From positions 26,040,001 to 26,104,000 of the forward strand of contig OZ024763.1 in assembly GCA_964016885.1 (NCBI GenBank): a DNA stretch of 64,000 nt, written 5' to 3'. Source of the DNA: Eledone cirrhosa (lineage: Eukaryota). A program made the position numbers and the translations under genes. A model generated the notes under the pieces. It ran no database searches. It saw only the letters and a list, made by a program, of their open reading frames with translations, and was not told the DNA's origin. Of this stretch, positions 24,475-38,408 are shown piece by piece (the stretch's first letter is position 1; each line of letters starts with the position of its first letter).

Positions 24475-24740
24475 GTTATTGATTACAGAGTCGAGCTAGA
24501 TCGATACAGAACGAACCTTAAGCTGATGAATAGCGAAACGCGCGCCACGAACCAATAAACGTAATGAAGGTGTACCCATTCGTCCTTGTTTTATTATATA
24601 TTAAAACATATTAATTAATTTATTTATTTATTTATTTATTTCCACCTGGAGTTTCGACCGATAGTTATTATTAGCAATTGGAAAGACCAATGAAAACATT
24701 GTTTCGTCGGTCCGATCTGACGAAGGTCGATCGACTGTCT
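24475..24740 (+). mobile_element. Penelope-like pLTR fragments with minimal hammerhead-like motifs
   Basis: CTGATGAATAGCGAAACGCGCGCC followed by AATAAA (24523-24558), and CTGACGAAGGTCGATCGAC near 24717. Mostly absent from the paralogous blocks. Confidence 0.5.
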
Positions 24741-26487
24741 ATATATATATATACATACCCATACATTCATATTTACTCAATTCTATGTAAATATACATAC
24801 ATATTAAAAACAGATACCATATACCAGCTTAAAAACGATTGACTAATCATCAGGACACATGCTTGCTCTTGTTAAAATTTCACAGAGATACTTATGAAAA
24901 CCGAACTTGCAAGGCCACGTACACTTACATACACACACCTGTACATACACAGACGTATAGAAAAGGTATGACTTATATAGGTACATCAAAGTTAATGTTC
25001 CACTATGGTACCATTCGAGGGAGATAAAACGAAGTACCAGTGTAGTACTGGGGTCGATTCTTCTTCTATATCTCTTTCTTACTTCCTTTCTCCTACTTTC
25101 TCTCCTTCTCTGGTAAATATCTCCTGTGATCAGATCTAGGGAAGAGATGAGATCAGTTAGCTTTTACAAAGTACCCAAGACACACCGAATATCAACGTGG
25201 GGTCACCAAGACTCCCTCGCAAGCTATACGTCCCTAGATACAAACATAGCAACATCAGACAGATCCTTTATGTAGATCACTTTTACTCGATGATGGAAGA
25301 CAAGTTTTCAGTGAGTCAGAAAGGAATATTTGCGATATGAAGGGAGAACCTCTCTGAATAAATATTAGATAGTTAAGATGCTACGTAAAGCAGGCGGTGA
25401 CAACATCGAGGACCAGAGATGCCATGTGGAAATAGATATCGACATATAAATATACAAAGCTAGGGGGACCTTATCATCATAGACACTTGGGCTTATGAAT
25501 ACATACATACATACCCACACTCACGTATGTGTGTATGTATGTATGTAAGTGTGGCTCCTGCAGGACTAGAACGGTTTCATTCGGAAGAAATCAAGGGCTT
25601 TCCTGATGATTTTTTTCCGAATGAAACAGTTCTAGTCCTGTAGAAGCCATTTCTATATTAAATATTATTTATTAAGTATTTATACCCTGCTATGTAATGA
25701 GTACCTTACTTACTGTGGTTACCGCCGATTGAACCCGGGATAAACATATATATATATATACGGGTGCACAGGTGTACGGTGTCCTCAAGTTAACACTAAG
25801 GATTACGCTCGATGTCCCGTCACACATCACTACATCTTCGAGTAAATGTTGATTAGTAAATAAACCGTGTACCTCACATGTAAGAGGAAAACTATAGCAA
25901 GTGTTGAGGATAAGAGACGTGTGAAAATAATAATAATAATAGTGTTACAATTATTAATAGTAGTAGTTGTAATAATAAAGTGAGAGGGGCAAACATTATT
26001 GTACACACAAGCTTACACAGGTACACATTCGTACACGTATCTACACACGTACCTACATAAACGTTTATAAATAAAAGACGAAGCTGATAAAAAGAACATA
26101 TATTACCGTATCGCGTTTTGAACGATACACTTGACGTTGAGTTCTTGAATCTGATCCGATCATCGGTTGCTGATACCGTTATTGCACACACAACACAAGT
26201 TTAAAGTGCCGCCTGTTTAGAAACAATATTTTCAGGCCATCATCTACTCACCAAGGTATGACAGTTGAAGAACATCACTGGATATCAGCTGGTCGTTGGA
26301 TGAAATAAACCTAGTGATAAGAATAAATGTCATGATATATTTTCTGAAAAACTTCAGGAAAGTAAAAACCATGTCAACTCGTTTGTGGGATTAATAAGAC
26401 TGAGAAAGCCATGAACACCACCACGTCAATTAAGCTTCTAAAATAGAAAGTAGGTTTACATACATTAATTTTCAGTATATTTTTTTA

Positions 26488-26597
26488 GCCGTCTCGTTTG
26501 CCTATATGTAGGTGATTATATAGATCCTGGCCAAGATCGAAACCCAGCCCAGGACCTCCACCGTCTCTCATACCTGCCACTAGGCTACAAAGACAGC
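26488..26597 (-). ncRNA. Candidate Pol III small RNA, class I, copy h (26523-26597, -) fused to truncated copy g (26488-26516, +)
   Basis: TATAAA starts at 26629 (-32). GCTGTCTTTGTAGCCTAGTGGCAGGTATGAGAGACGGTGGAGGTCCTGGGCTGGGTTTCGATCTTGGCCAGGATC. Confidence 0.5.
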
Positions 26598-28307
26598 TTC
26601 AAAATAATATTAAAAAATTAATATTTATAAACATACTTTTGATTTTGGAAGATTAATTGAAGTGGTGGCGTTCATGCCTTTCTTAGTGTTGCTGTTATTA
26701 GAAAGGGTCGACTTTGTCTTTCATAATTCAGGGTCTTTCATGAAGTAAATATTCATTTTATTTCTTAACGTCCTAGTATTGATTTGAACCTACAATAACT
26801 TCGTCTGCAATAATGTTCACTAAGTTCAAATCTGCCATACCTAAATCCTGTGTGCGACTTACAAATAAATTGTTAAATGTCACTTTTATATATTTATCAA
26901 TGTAAGATTGGAACCTACAGTGATGTGTTTTGCAGTAATATCCCGTAACTCCAACTAGATTGAGCTAAGCTTATATATTTCTTTCGTCCGAACAACATAA
27001 TGGTTTCGATCCCAGTTCGCTCCTGGTACAAGAAATAATTTAAAGAAATTCTATATCCCCAGCTAAATATTGAACTCCTAACGACATTTTATGTTACTTA
27101 ATACCAATAACCCTGTTACACACTGAACATCTAAGCCCTGAACACACATTTATATTTATAACTCAATTTCCAATTTTTTAAATGATATTACACCACCTTT
27201 GTGTTCTAGGTGAAAATCCTGCCGATATTAATTTACAATTTTATAACTTTAGAGAAGAAAAATAGAGTACCAGTCATTTTATGGGTTCAAATTAATCGAT
27301 CGGCTTCACCCCGTCAATCACTTGACATTTGCCAAACAAAAACACACAAACAGTATATATATATATATAATACGACAAATTTGAAATAAATTCCGTGTTT
27401 AATTAAGAAAAAAATTATTGAAAGTAAGAAATTATAATTATTTAGTAATAATATTTTTATTGTTTGTTTTCACTGCATTAACTGCTGAGTGTGACTTTTA
27501 ATTTTCTTACTATTTTCTACTGTAAATGGCAGCTGAGATGTTATTGGATTATTACTAAGGTTTACTGGATGATGTCGTTTCCTTATTGCATAATTTGACA
27601 AACAGTGGACATCGGAATATCCCTCTATATACCTGGGATAAATGTAAGGAACATTGTTATGTTATACATAGTACAATGGTCATCTCTTCTATTTACATTT
27701 TCTTCCCCAATTCTGTATTTTAAATATTTCTATCATGTCACTCGTTTGATTAATCTCCTCCAAAGTTGTAATTCTATGTGTTTGTCCTTGGTATAGTGAA
27801 CTAATGTTGATATTTTCAAGTCTTGGTATTTATATGGAATAGTGTACTAATATTTAAATAGTCTTTATATTTTTGTCTTGTCTCCCCTAAGATTTATCTC
27901 CTCTAAATTTACAAAAGTTTCTCATCTTCCTTCACAAGACAGATCCCTAAATAATTCTAGTGTCTTCTGTTTTCTTCTTCTCTGGGTTGCTTCAAGAGCC
28001 TCACCGTTTTTTCAGATGTCAGTTGACCATGGCCCAAAACAATATTCTCAGTGGTATCACACATATTCATCTAGAGTTTTAGATTTTTCAGCATTTCGCT
28101 AGGAAAAAGAATGTTTTATTATTTCTATTATCCGCCTCGCTGTTTTGCTTCAACATGGTTAGTCATCTTTCAATTCATATTCACAATTCTTCTGTGAGGG
28201 GTATAAGAAGCTCGTTTTTGCTCAACATTCGATACCAAAACAGGTTTCCTTTTTATACCTTCGTTGTACAAATATAATAATTAAAGTAGATATATATACA
28301 AGCCATG

Positions 28308-28354
<47 letters not shown>

Positions 28355-28704
28355 CTGCTTATTAACTCTTTCCCGAAACATTTCTTCAAAATAAGGTAAG
28401 ACATATCCCGAAAAATATTATAAGGTGTCTCAATAATTATTCCATTTCAATCAATTTCTCATTTCAGTTTTCTTTAGAAATGTCTTGGCGTGGAAGATAG
28501 ATACATTTGTCCTTCTCATAGTAATTAGCTTGTCTCAAAATTGTTCGTATTGTTTCCATGTTTAGTGTCACAAACTATCGTTAATTCAAGATTCTGCTCT
28601 AATGTAATAAATGTTACTTTTAAAAGACTGAAGCTCTCAATTTTTTCTTTCTCTTGTAAATTGATATCTAAAGAATAACAAATGTATGTGTTTTGTGATA
28701 GGAG

Positions 28705-28813
28705 AAAAAAACCACAGCCTTCTTTCCTCGCTATAGAAGGCTAACTGACAATGTCGTTCGTAGGCGTGACAAGTACACAACAACAGTGGTCACCTCTTAC
28801 TGCCTTTTATATA
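28705..28813 (-). ncRNA. Candidate small-RNA gene, class II, copy 3
   Basis: TATATAAAAGGC, then ...CATTGTCAGTTAGCCTTCTATAGCGAGGAAAGAAGGCTGTGG-T7. Confidence 0.33.
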
Positions 28814-29717
28814 CCATGTTAACTGAAAAGACTTGCAAAGTATGGATACACGCTCTCCTTCAATAGATTCTCTATTATTTCGGAGGTCGGGTGACCAAAC
28901 CCCCAAACAATATTCGAAGTGGTATCTCACCATTTTATTTAGCTAGGCAAAGGAGGTATATCTATCTGCTGTGTTTTCTTTAACACGCTTAACCACCATT
29001 AAATTTAAATGTATATATATATATTCCCAATTCTTGGGGGAGGGGAATAAAAGATCATTTTAACTTCATAATTCGATATAAAAACCTGCTTGCGTTCTAT
29101 ATAGTGAAGGTAATTATAAACCTCATTTGGTCATTCCATGAGAGTATCTTTGTCAGCCTGTGAAGGAGTGATGCTAGAGTTGTGAAATCTTACAAGCATT
29201 AATTGCAGCTCTTCATATTAATAACTACGTGTTTCTTTCCAGGGTCTATGTCGTATTATAAACCTCATGAGGTCATTCCATGAGAGTATCTTGGTCAGAC
29301 TATGAACTTTTCAGTAGACACTCGTAATTAGAGCTACATATTAACTCTTCCCTCAAAACAGTTTTTCTTTAAAATAAAGTGAGATTTATATTCCGAAAAA
29401 TATGTAAAGTATCTGTAATATTTCCAAATCAATAAATTTCTCATTTCGATTTTCAGTATATTGTATTATACCGTTGAAAATGTTAATTGTCCTTCTTCTG
29501 AAATAAATCAGTTTGTCTCCAAATGATTCGTATTGTTGTTTCCTCCATTCGACGTATCTCGTCACAAACTCTGACGTTTCTACAACATTTCCAAACGTTA
29601 ATACAACATTAGCTCTAATGAAATAGATGGGACTTTTTAAACACTGACATTTTCATTTCGCTTCTTTCTTTTGTATGTTGTTATCTAATAGATATAAAAG
29701 TGTATGTGATAAGAGAG

Positions 29718-29835
29718 AAAAACCACGATCTTCTTTCGACGTTGTAGGAGGCTGTCAGAGTGTTTAGCAGGAGCGGTAACTACACGGCAACGGTGAACAT
29801 CACGTGTTAAGTCACAAGAGACAGCTATTTATATA
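29718..29835 (-). ncRNA. Candidate small-RNA gene, class II, copy 4
   Basis: TATATAAAT at 29835(-). ACACGTGATGTTCACCGTTGCCGTGTAGTTACC...AGCCTCCTACAACGTCGAAAGAAGATCGTGG-T5. Confidence 0.35.
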
Positions 29836-30509
29836 CCGCGTTAACTGGGAATACGTACCAAACCAGGATGCACTCCTCTGTCCCCTTCAACATTCTCAGA
29901 GCTTCATTCCTCCCAGTGTTATTGCTACTAGAAAGGGTCGACCTTGTCTTTCCTCACTCTGCGGTTTTAGGAAAGTAAATCTGGATTTTGTTTATCATCG
30001 CTCTAGAGTTGATTTGAACCTACATTAACACCGTTGACAATACTGCTCGATAACCTCTAATCTGTCATACCTGTGTGTGTTATCGATTCCAGCCTAGTGC
30101 GACGTATTTATTTGTCAAACCTGATCCCTATATAGATAAATACTATATGTAAATGTACAATATTTGAACCTATAATGATGTGCTTTACAGAAATGTCATG
30201 TAACATCAACTAGATGGAACTATGTATATGTTTGTTTTTGTTCATTAAAATAATTAAAGTCAACTCTATATTCCTTACTAAAGATTGAACTCCTGACACC
30301 ACCTTACAATCTCAACGAAGTATTAAAATTTCTATTTATTATTTCTAACCTCACCTCTTTGTATTCTCGATGTAAATCCTGGCGAGATTAATTTTCAATT
30401 TTTATTTTTGGAGCAGATAAAACATAATACCAGTCAAATAATGGAATCAATTAAATCGATTGGCTTCACTTAAATGTCTGCCCTTTTGCCTGAATATATA
30501 TATAATATG

Positions 30510-30768
30510 GTATTCCGTCAGTTACGACGGTGAGTGTTCCAGTTGACTCGATCAACAGAACAACCTGTTCGTGAAAGTGATTAAGCATTCTACAGAAATG
30601 TTTACCCTTACCGTAGTTCTCAGGGAGATTCAGTTTGAAACAAAGAAATGGCCGACTCTGCGACTTACACGTTTATGCCAGCTTTGATTGAACGATGGGA
30701 AATGAAGTGTCTTGCTCAAGATAACACACGATTATGAACCGAATACCATAACTTTTAAACTACGCGCA
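30510..30768 (-). mobile_element. Degenerate tRNA-derived SINE with CORE-like domain
   Basis: Minus strand GTGTTATCTTGAGCAAGACACTTCATTT, as in the family-2 core, with a distinct 3' tail ending GTCGTAACTGACGGAATAC. Confidence 0.6.
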
Positions 30769-31199
30769 GAGAGAGAGAGATTAACCAGAAATATATTTTG
30801 ATAATGGAAAAGGATTTTTTTTATTCAACAAGTCTTTAGATATTTTTGCAATGAAAAAAGGAAGAAAAAAAATAAATTTACGAAATGAGTATTATTCAGT
30901 TTTATTTTTGTATATTTTTACTGCATTAACTGCGGCGGATGTGTTTTGTTTGTTTTTTCTTAGTATTGTCTGTTAATGGCGATTGCGGTGAAATTTGAAA
31001 AAAGTCACTCGAAGGTAAAGCCAATCATTGTCACAATTTAATGCCTGAACTTCAATATTTTCATGATGTAGTTAAAATTTCATAACTTGAATTTATTGAA
31101 CTCCGATTTGATTTCTCATAAATGTTTTAATAGTGCATATTCTGCTTAGATATTTTCGATGTTGTACATTACGATTTTGTTGACATTATCTGAGGTCTT

Positions 31200-31305
31200 T
31201 AGGCCGAGGTTAACTTTGCCTTTCATCCTTACGGGCTCGATAAACTAAAGTACCAGTAATGCACTGGGGTAATTGCTGGTCTTGTGCCAAAAGTAGAAAC
31301 AATTA
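31200..31305 (+). mobile_element. Family-1 SINE 3' fragment
   Basis: GCCGAGGTTAACTTTGCCTTTCATCCTTACGGG..AAAGTACCAGT. Confidence 0.8.
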
Positions 31306-32962
31306 TCTCTTATAAGCAGTATAATGGCGTGTTCCTCCTCTCATATTTACATTTTCTTCTATAATACTGTATTGTCATATTTTCAAGTCCATCTTTTTAA
31401 ATATTTCTTTCGTGTACTCAAGATTTTATTTCTAGTACATATCTTGAAGAATTCTTCCGTTTATTGATAAATGTTTCAGAAAAAATATTTTCTAGTGTCT
31501 TCCGAGTATTTTTATACGCAGTAAAATGGTGATCCCTCCTCACGGTTATGTTTCCTTTTGGAATACTGTACTTTCATTATTTTAAATATATATATATATC
31601 TTCAGTTTGACTTATTTCCTCTATAATTGTATTTCCTACAGTGTTTACATTAGAGTAGTGTACTAGTATTTATATTTTCAAGACTTTACATTTATCTGGA
31701 ATAATGTAATATTTCATGGCTTCCCTTAGCTTTCACTCCTCTAGTGTTGGGATTTCTTAATTATTCTGGTCTTTTATATTTTTTCTTGTCTGGATTCCTT
31801 CAATATCTTCTGTTCTTTCGGAAGTCGTGAGACACGGCCTCCAAAACAATATTTTAAGTGGTATCTCTCATTTCATTTAGCTAGAGTTTAAAGTTTACCT
31901 GACTTTACACAAGTTAAGAAATATTTTATTATTCCTATCATCTGACTTGCTGTGTTTTCTTTAACATAGTTAGCCACCTTTAAATTCAAATTCATACATA
32001 TTCCCAATTCGTTGGGGGAGGGGTATAAGAGGCGCCTCTTTATTTTACAATTCTTTGCCGAAACCTTGTATTTTGTACATTCGATGTACGAACATAATTA
32101 AAACATATATACATGCCATGAATAAATATAGCTGTGTATATATGCATATTAACTCCTCCCCGAAATATTTTATATTTCTATCATGCTCCCCCCTTTTTTT
32201 TTTAAAGTTACAATTCCTATGTTTTCCATCTTCACAAGACATTTCTTAATATTTCTGGTATGTTCTTTAGTTTCCTTCAATAATTTCTGATTCCTTTCGG
32301 TGGTGTTTCACCTATTTATCTACAGTTATAACACGTTTCTCTAAATAAAGGAAGGTTTTATTATATCTATCGTCCAACTTGCTGTGTTCGTCTTTAACAT
32401 TCTTATCCACTTCAAAATTAAAGATTTACACATTTCCGTTTTTTGTTGGGTGGAGTGAATAATAGGGGCATTGTAACCTCAAAATATCGATGTGGAAACC
32501 TGCTTGTATCTTAAACACTCAACATACCAATATGATAAATATATGTATGTTTACAAAAGCCATGTATAAGTATACCTGCACATTAACTCTTATCCAAACA
32601 TTTGTTTTTCAAAATATGGTGAAACATATTCCGATAAATACTGCTACTTGTCTTTGTAAGTGTTTCTTTTCAATGAATTTTTCATTTCAGTTTTCAGCAG
32701 ACAGTACTGGCGTTGAAGATGCAATAAATTGTCCTTATTATAATCACCAGTTTATCTCAAATTCGTCTGTTTTATTACTTTGTCCATTCCACGTTTAGTG
32801 TTACAAACTCTGACGTTTCTACACCAATTTTCTATCGTTAATTCTTGATTGTATTTTAATGTAATAAAATATTTCTTTTCAAATATTTACTTTCTCACGT
32901 TAATTCTTTCTCTTGTGTATTGTTATCTAATGAATAAAAATATATATGATATGCGAGAGAGG

Positions 32963-33089
32963 AAAAATGACACGACCTTCCTTCATCGCTGCAGGAGTCC
33001 AACTGGCAATGAACTGACCATGAGAGGCAAGTACTCGACAACAGTGAACATCACATGTTTGGTGTAAGGAACACACTACCACTTATATA
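32963..33089 (-). ncRNA. Candidate small-RNA gene, class II, copy 5
   Basis: TATATAAG at 33089(-). ACATGTGATGTTCACTGTTGTCGAGTACTTGCC...GCCAGTTGGACTCCTGCAGCGATGAAGGAAGGTCGTGTCA-T5. Confidence 0.35.
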
Positions 33090-33725
33090 CTGTGGTAAAT
33101 GGAAAGCCGAGTCAAACCTTATCAACATTCTCAGAGACCCTTTTCTCCCTTATGAAGCAGTGAAATAAAGAATTGCAGGGGAATTATTTTTTAACAGGAG
33201 ACTGATATGTCGTGGTTGTTGTTATAATATGTAGTTAGGGTTTCAATCTTCAGCTGGGATTGTAAAATTACTTTTATTAACTAAAAACATCAAAAAAGAA
33301 TATAGCGTCCTTGTACGTTCAAACTGAAGAGGCATTATTGCCAACACATCACTGTAAGATCAAATCTAATACACAAACACACACATATATATATATATAG
33401 ATTGAGGGATGACAGAACTGAAGAGGCATTATTGCCAATACATCACTGTAGTATCAAATCTAACACACTCACATGTATATATTTAGTAATCAGGTATGAC
33501 CAATGAAGGTCGTTAGTGGAGATCATCTGGTTGTGGCATCAAATCAACCCTGGCTAAATGAGATATCAAATCAAGATTTATTTTATCAAAGCCTCAGAAG
33601 AATAAAAATCAACGTCAACCCTTTATAGTATTAATTCGACTGAGAAAGGCATGAACACCACCACGTCAATTAAGCTTGGAAATAGAAAGTAGGTTTATAA
33701 ATATTAATTTTCACCCTGTTTTTAT

Positions 33726-33798
33726 ATCCGTCTCGGTGGCCTATTGGTAGGTGTTAGAGATGTCAAAGATCTTGCCCAGGCACTACAAAGTTTTTTTT
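33726..33798 (+). ncRNA. Candidate Pol III small RNA, class I, copy i (B box deleted)
   Basis: TATAAA at 33696. CCGTCTCGGTGGCCTATTGGTAGGTGTTAGAGATG, then T8 at 33791. Confidence 0.45.
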
Positions 33799-33824
33799 CT
33801 TTTTGTTTTTTCATAAGAAAAATG

Positions 33825-33910
33825 AAAAAATAGCGGATTCTGGTCAAGATTGAACACCTGACTAGGATCACCACCGTCTCTAACACTTACCATTAAGCCA
33901 CCGAGACAAC
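33825..33910 (-). ncRNA. Candidate Pol III small RNA, class I, copy j
   Basis: TATAAA starts at 33941 (-31). GTTGTCTCGGTGGCTTAATGGTAAGTGTTAGAGACGGTGGTGATCCTAGTCAGGTGTTCAATCTTGACCAGAATCCGCTA-T6. Confidence 0.6.
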
Positions 33911-35039
33911 TACACAAACAGACTGAAAATTAATATTTATAAACCTACTTTCTATTGCGAAGCTTAATTGATGTAGTGGCGTTCATGGCTTTCTCAATAT
34001 TATTAATACTACAAAAAGGGGTCGACATTAATTTTTATCCGTCTGGGACTTTCACGAAATATATTTTGATTTGGTTTCTCATTTCTCTAGGGTTCATTTG
34101 ATCTTATATCCAGATGATCTGCAGTGTCGTTATTCAATGGTCATACATTTTTCTTCAGCCACTTCTTCCTGTGAGGGTTGTGGAGACAGAGCCCTCAAAC
34201 ACTCCTTCCAGCGGGTCCTGTCAGAAGCAACCGATGTGTGTGTATGTTAGATTTGATCCTAGGTGGCGTTCAAGACTTTCACAGTATTATTGGTACTAGA
34301 AAGGGTCGACCTTGTCTTTCATCCCTCTGGGGCTTCCATAAAGTAAATCTTGCTTTTGTTTATTATCGATCTAGGGTTGATTTGAAATTCTATTGACTCC
34401 ATCTGTAGCATTACTCAATAACTTCAAATCTGTCATACCTCATTTCCATGTGTGTGTGTCTCTGTGTGATGTGTCGGTAAATTGTCAAACCTAATTCCTA
34501 CATAGATAGATATGTGTACATATGTAAGATTTGAAACTACAATGATGTGAGTTAAAGTAATGGCGCTATGTATATGTAGTGTTTCCTCCATTAAAAAATA
34601 ATTAAAAGCAATTCTATATCATCCAAGTGAAAGATTGAACTCCTGACAAAACCTTACGCTACATAACACCAAAACTACATCACATACTTAACTACTAAGC
34701 CACCGACATACATAGATATTCGTATATCAAAATAAAGTATTAAAACGTCAATTTTTAATTTTTAAATAACATTAGACCACCTTTGTGTTTTCAGAGCAGA
34801 TACTATGGACATTAATTTTGAATTATATGTTTTGAGAGCAGATAAAATAAAGTACCAGTTACATACTGGGATCGATTTAATACAGAGTCTTGTCTCCGGA
34901 AATTCTTGGATATGAGCTTATATGTTCGTGAATAAATATAAGTAAAAATTTATAAATACATGCCTGTATGTATTTATAAATACATACATACGTACGTACG
35001 TACGTACGTATGTATGTATGTATGTATGTCAAGTCAGGT

Positions 35040-35310
35040 CACCAGTTGGTGCTACTTGTAACATGTATCCCAGTCCAACCTGTCTCATGGTCGGGTCGTT
35101 GGCGACTAAACTGGCAACCCCACCAAGGTTTCTTGGTGAGGAGGGTGACTTTGGACATCCTGCAGGAATAAAAGCAAAACCTGTCAAAGGGCAAAGGAGC
35201 TCTTAAGAGTCAATGGCCATACAAAATCACCGGAGAGATGACCCATTAGCCTTTGTCAAGGCAGAATTCTAGGAGAAGGAAAACTCTAATATAACATCTG
35301 CAACCCTGAT
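35040..35310 (+). mobile_element. RTE LINE 5' region with degenerate HDV-like ribozyme
   Basis: RTE 5'-UTR-type motif CTAGGAGAAGGAAAACTCT at 35268-35287. CCAGT...CATGGTC-GG-GTCGTTGGCGAC-TAA-ACTGG at 35069-35114. Confidence 0.55.
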
Positions 35311-35538
35311 GGTATCCAATGATGTTGATTTGTTCTTCTTTTTGGTAAATATCATCTTGGTTAAGAGAGTGGGACTGGATTTGTGCAGTGCCTTTGCTCA
35401 CTATAAAAGCTTCACGGCACAGGCATTGCTTTTATATCTGGAGATCTCTCTGCACTTGTCGTCACATGGTAGCATGGGCCCAGCACAATGTGTCAATAAT
35501 TGTCACAAGTTTAGTGTTGTACCAGAGTTTTCAAGTCG

Positions 35539-35630
35539 TATATATATGTACATATATATATATATATTATAATATGCACATATATATATATATATATATA
35601 CTACGGTATATATATATATATATATATATC

Positions 35631-35669
<39 letters not shown>

Positions 35670-38146
35670 CTATGATATATATATACATATATATATGATA
35701 TATATATACATATATATATGATATATATATACTTATATATATACATATATATATATATGATATATATATAACATATATATATGATATATATATACATATA
35801 TATACATATATGATATATATGATATATATATACATATATGATATATATGATATATATATACATATATGATATATATGATATATATATATACATATATATA
35901 TATGATATATATATACATATATATATATGATATATATATACATATATATATGATATATGATATATATATACATATATATATATGATATATATATACATAT
36001 ATATATGATATATATATACATATATATGATATATATATACACATATATATATGATATATATATACATATATGATATATATACATATATATATATGATATA
36101 TATATACATATATATATGATATATATATACATATATATATATGATATATATATAATATATATATATGATATATATATACATATATATATATGATATATAT
36201 ATACATATATATGATATATATATACATATATATATGATATATATATACATATATATGATATATATATACATTATATATATGATATATATATACATATATA
36301 TATATGATATATATATACATATATATATATGATATATATATACATATATATATGATATATATATACATATATATATACACATATATATATATGATATATT
36401 TATACATATATATATATGATATATATATACATATATATATATATGATATATATATACATATATATATATATGATATATATATACATATATATATATGATA
36501 TATATATATATATATATATGATATATATATTTACATATATATATATATGAATATATATACATATATATATATGATATATATATAATATATATATGATATA
36601 TATATATATACATATATATATATGATATATATATATACATATATATATATATGATATATATAATACATATATATATATGATATATATATATACTATATAT
36701 ATATGATATATATATACATATATATATATGATATATATATACATATATATATATATGATATATATATACATATATATATATATGATATATATATACATAT
36801 ATATATATGATATATATATACATATATATATATGATATATATATACATATATATATGATATATATATACATATATATATATGATATATATATACATATAT
36901 ATATATGATATATATATATACATATATATATATGATTTATATATACATATATATATACGATATATATATACATATATGTATATGATATATATATATATAT
37001 ATATGATATATATATATACATATATATATATGATATATATATACATATATATATATGATATATATATACATATATATATATGATATATATATACATATAT
37101 ATATATGATATATATATACATATATATATATATGATATATATATATACATATTATATATGATATATATATATACATATATATATATGATATATATATACA
37201 TATATATATATGATATATATATACATATATATATATGATATATATATATACATATATATATATGATATATATATATACATATATATATATGATATATATA
37301 TATACATATATATTATATATGATATATATATACATATATATATATGATATATATTATACATATATATATATGATATATATATATACATATATATATATGA
37401 TATATATATACATATATATATGATATATACATATATATATATGATATATATATACATATATGATATATATATACATATATATATATGATATATATATATA
37501 TATGATATATATATACATATATATATGATATATACATATATATATATGATATATATATACATATATGATATATATTTACATATATATATATGATATATAT
37601 ATATATATGATATATATATATATATATATATATGATATATATATATATATATATGATATATATATACATATATATATATATGATATATATATACATATAT
37701 ATATATGATATATATATACATATATATATATGATATATATATACATATATATATATGATATATATATGATATATACATATATATATATGATATATATATA
37801 TCATATATATATATATACATATATATATATGATATATATATACATATATATATATGATATATATACATATATATATATGATATGTATATACATATATATA
37901 TATGATATATATATACATATATATATATGATATATAAATACATATATATATGATATATATATACATATATATATGATATATATATACATATGTATATGAT
38001 ATATATACATATATATATATGATATATATATACATATATATATACGATATATATATACATATATATATACGATATATATATACATATATATATACGATAT
38101 ATATATACATATATATATACATATACATATATATATATATACATAC

Positions 38147-38239
<93 letters not shown>

Positions 38240-38377
38240 CATATATATACATATATATATACATATATATATATACATATATATATACATATATACATAT
38301 ATATATATACATATATATATATATACATATATACATATATATATATTAAATACATATATATATATATACATATATAC

Positions 38378-38408
<31 letters not shown>

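Larger units (their letters stand above)
31010..33330 (+). repeat. Older diverged array unit, paralogous to 1-1910
   Basis: Collinear motifs: AATTTAATG.CTGAA, ATTCCTATC..CT.ACTTGC, TTAACAT.GTTAGCCAC, CACGACCTTCCTTCATCGCTGCA, AGGGTTTCAATC, TTGTACGTTCAAA. Confidence 0.8.
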
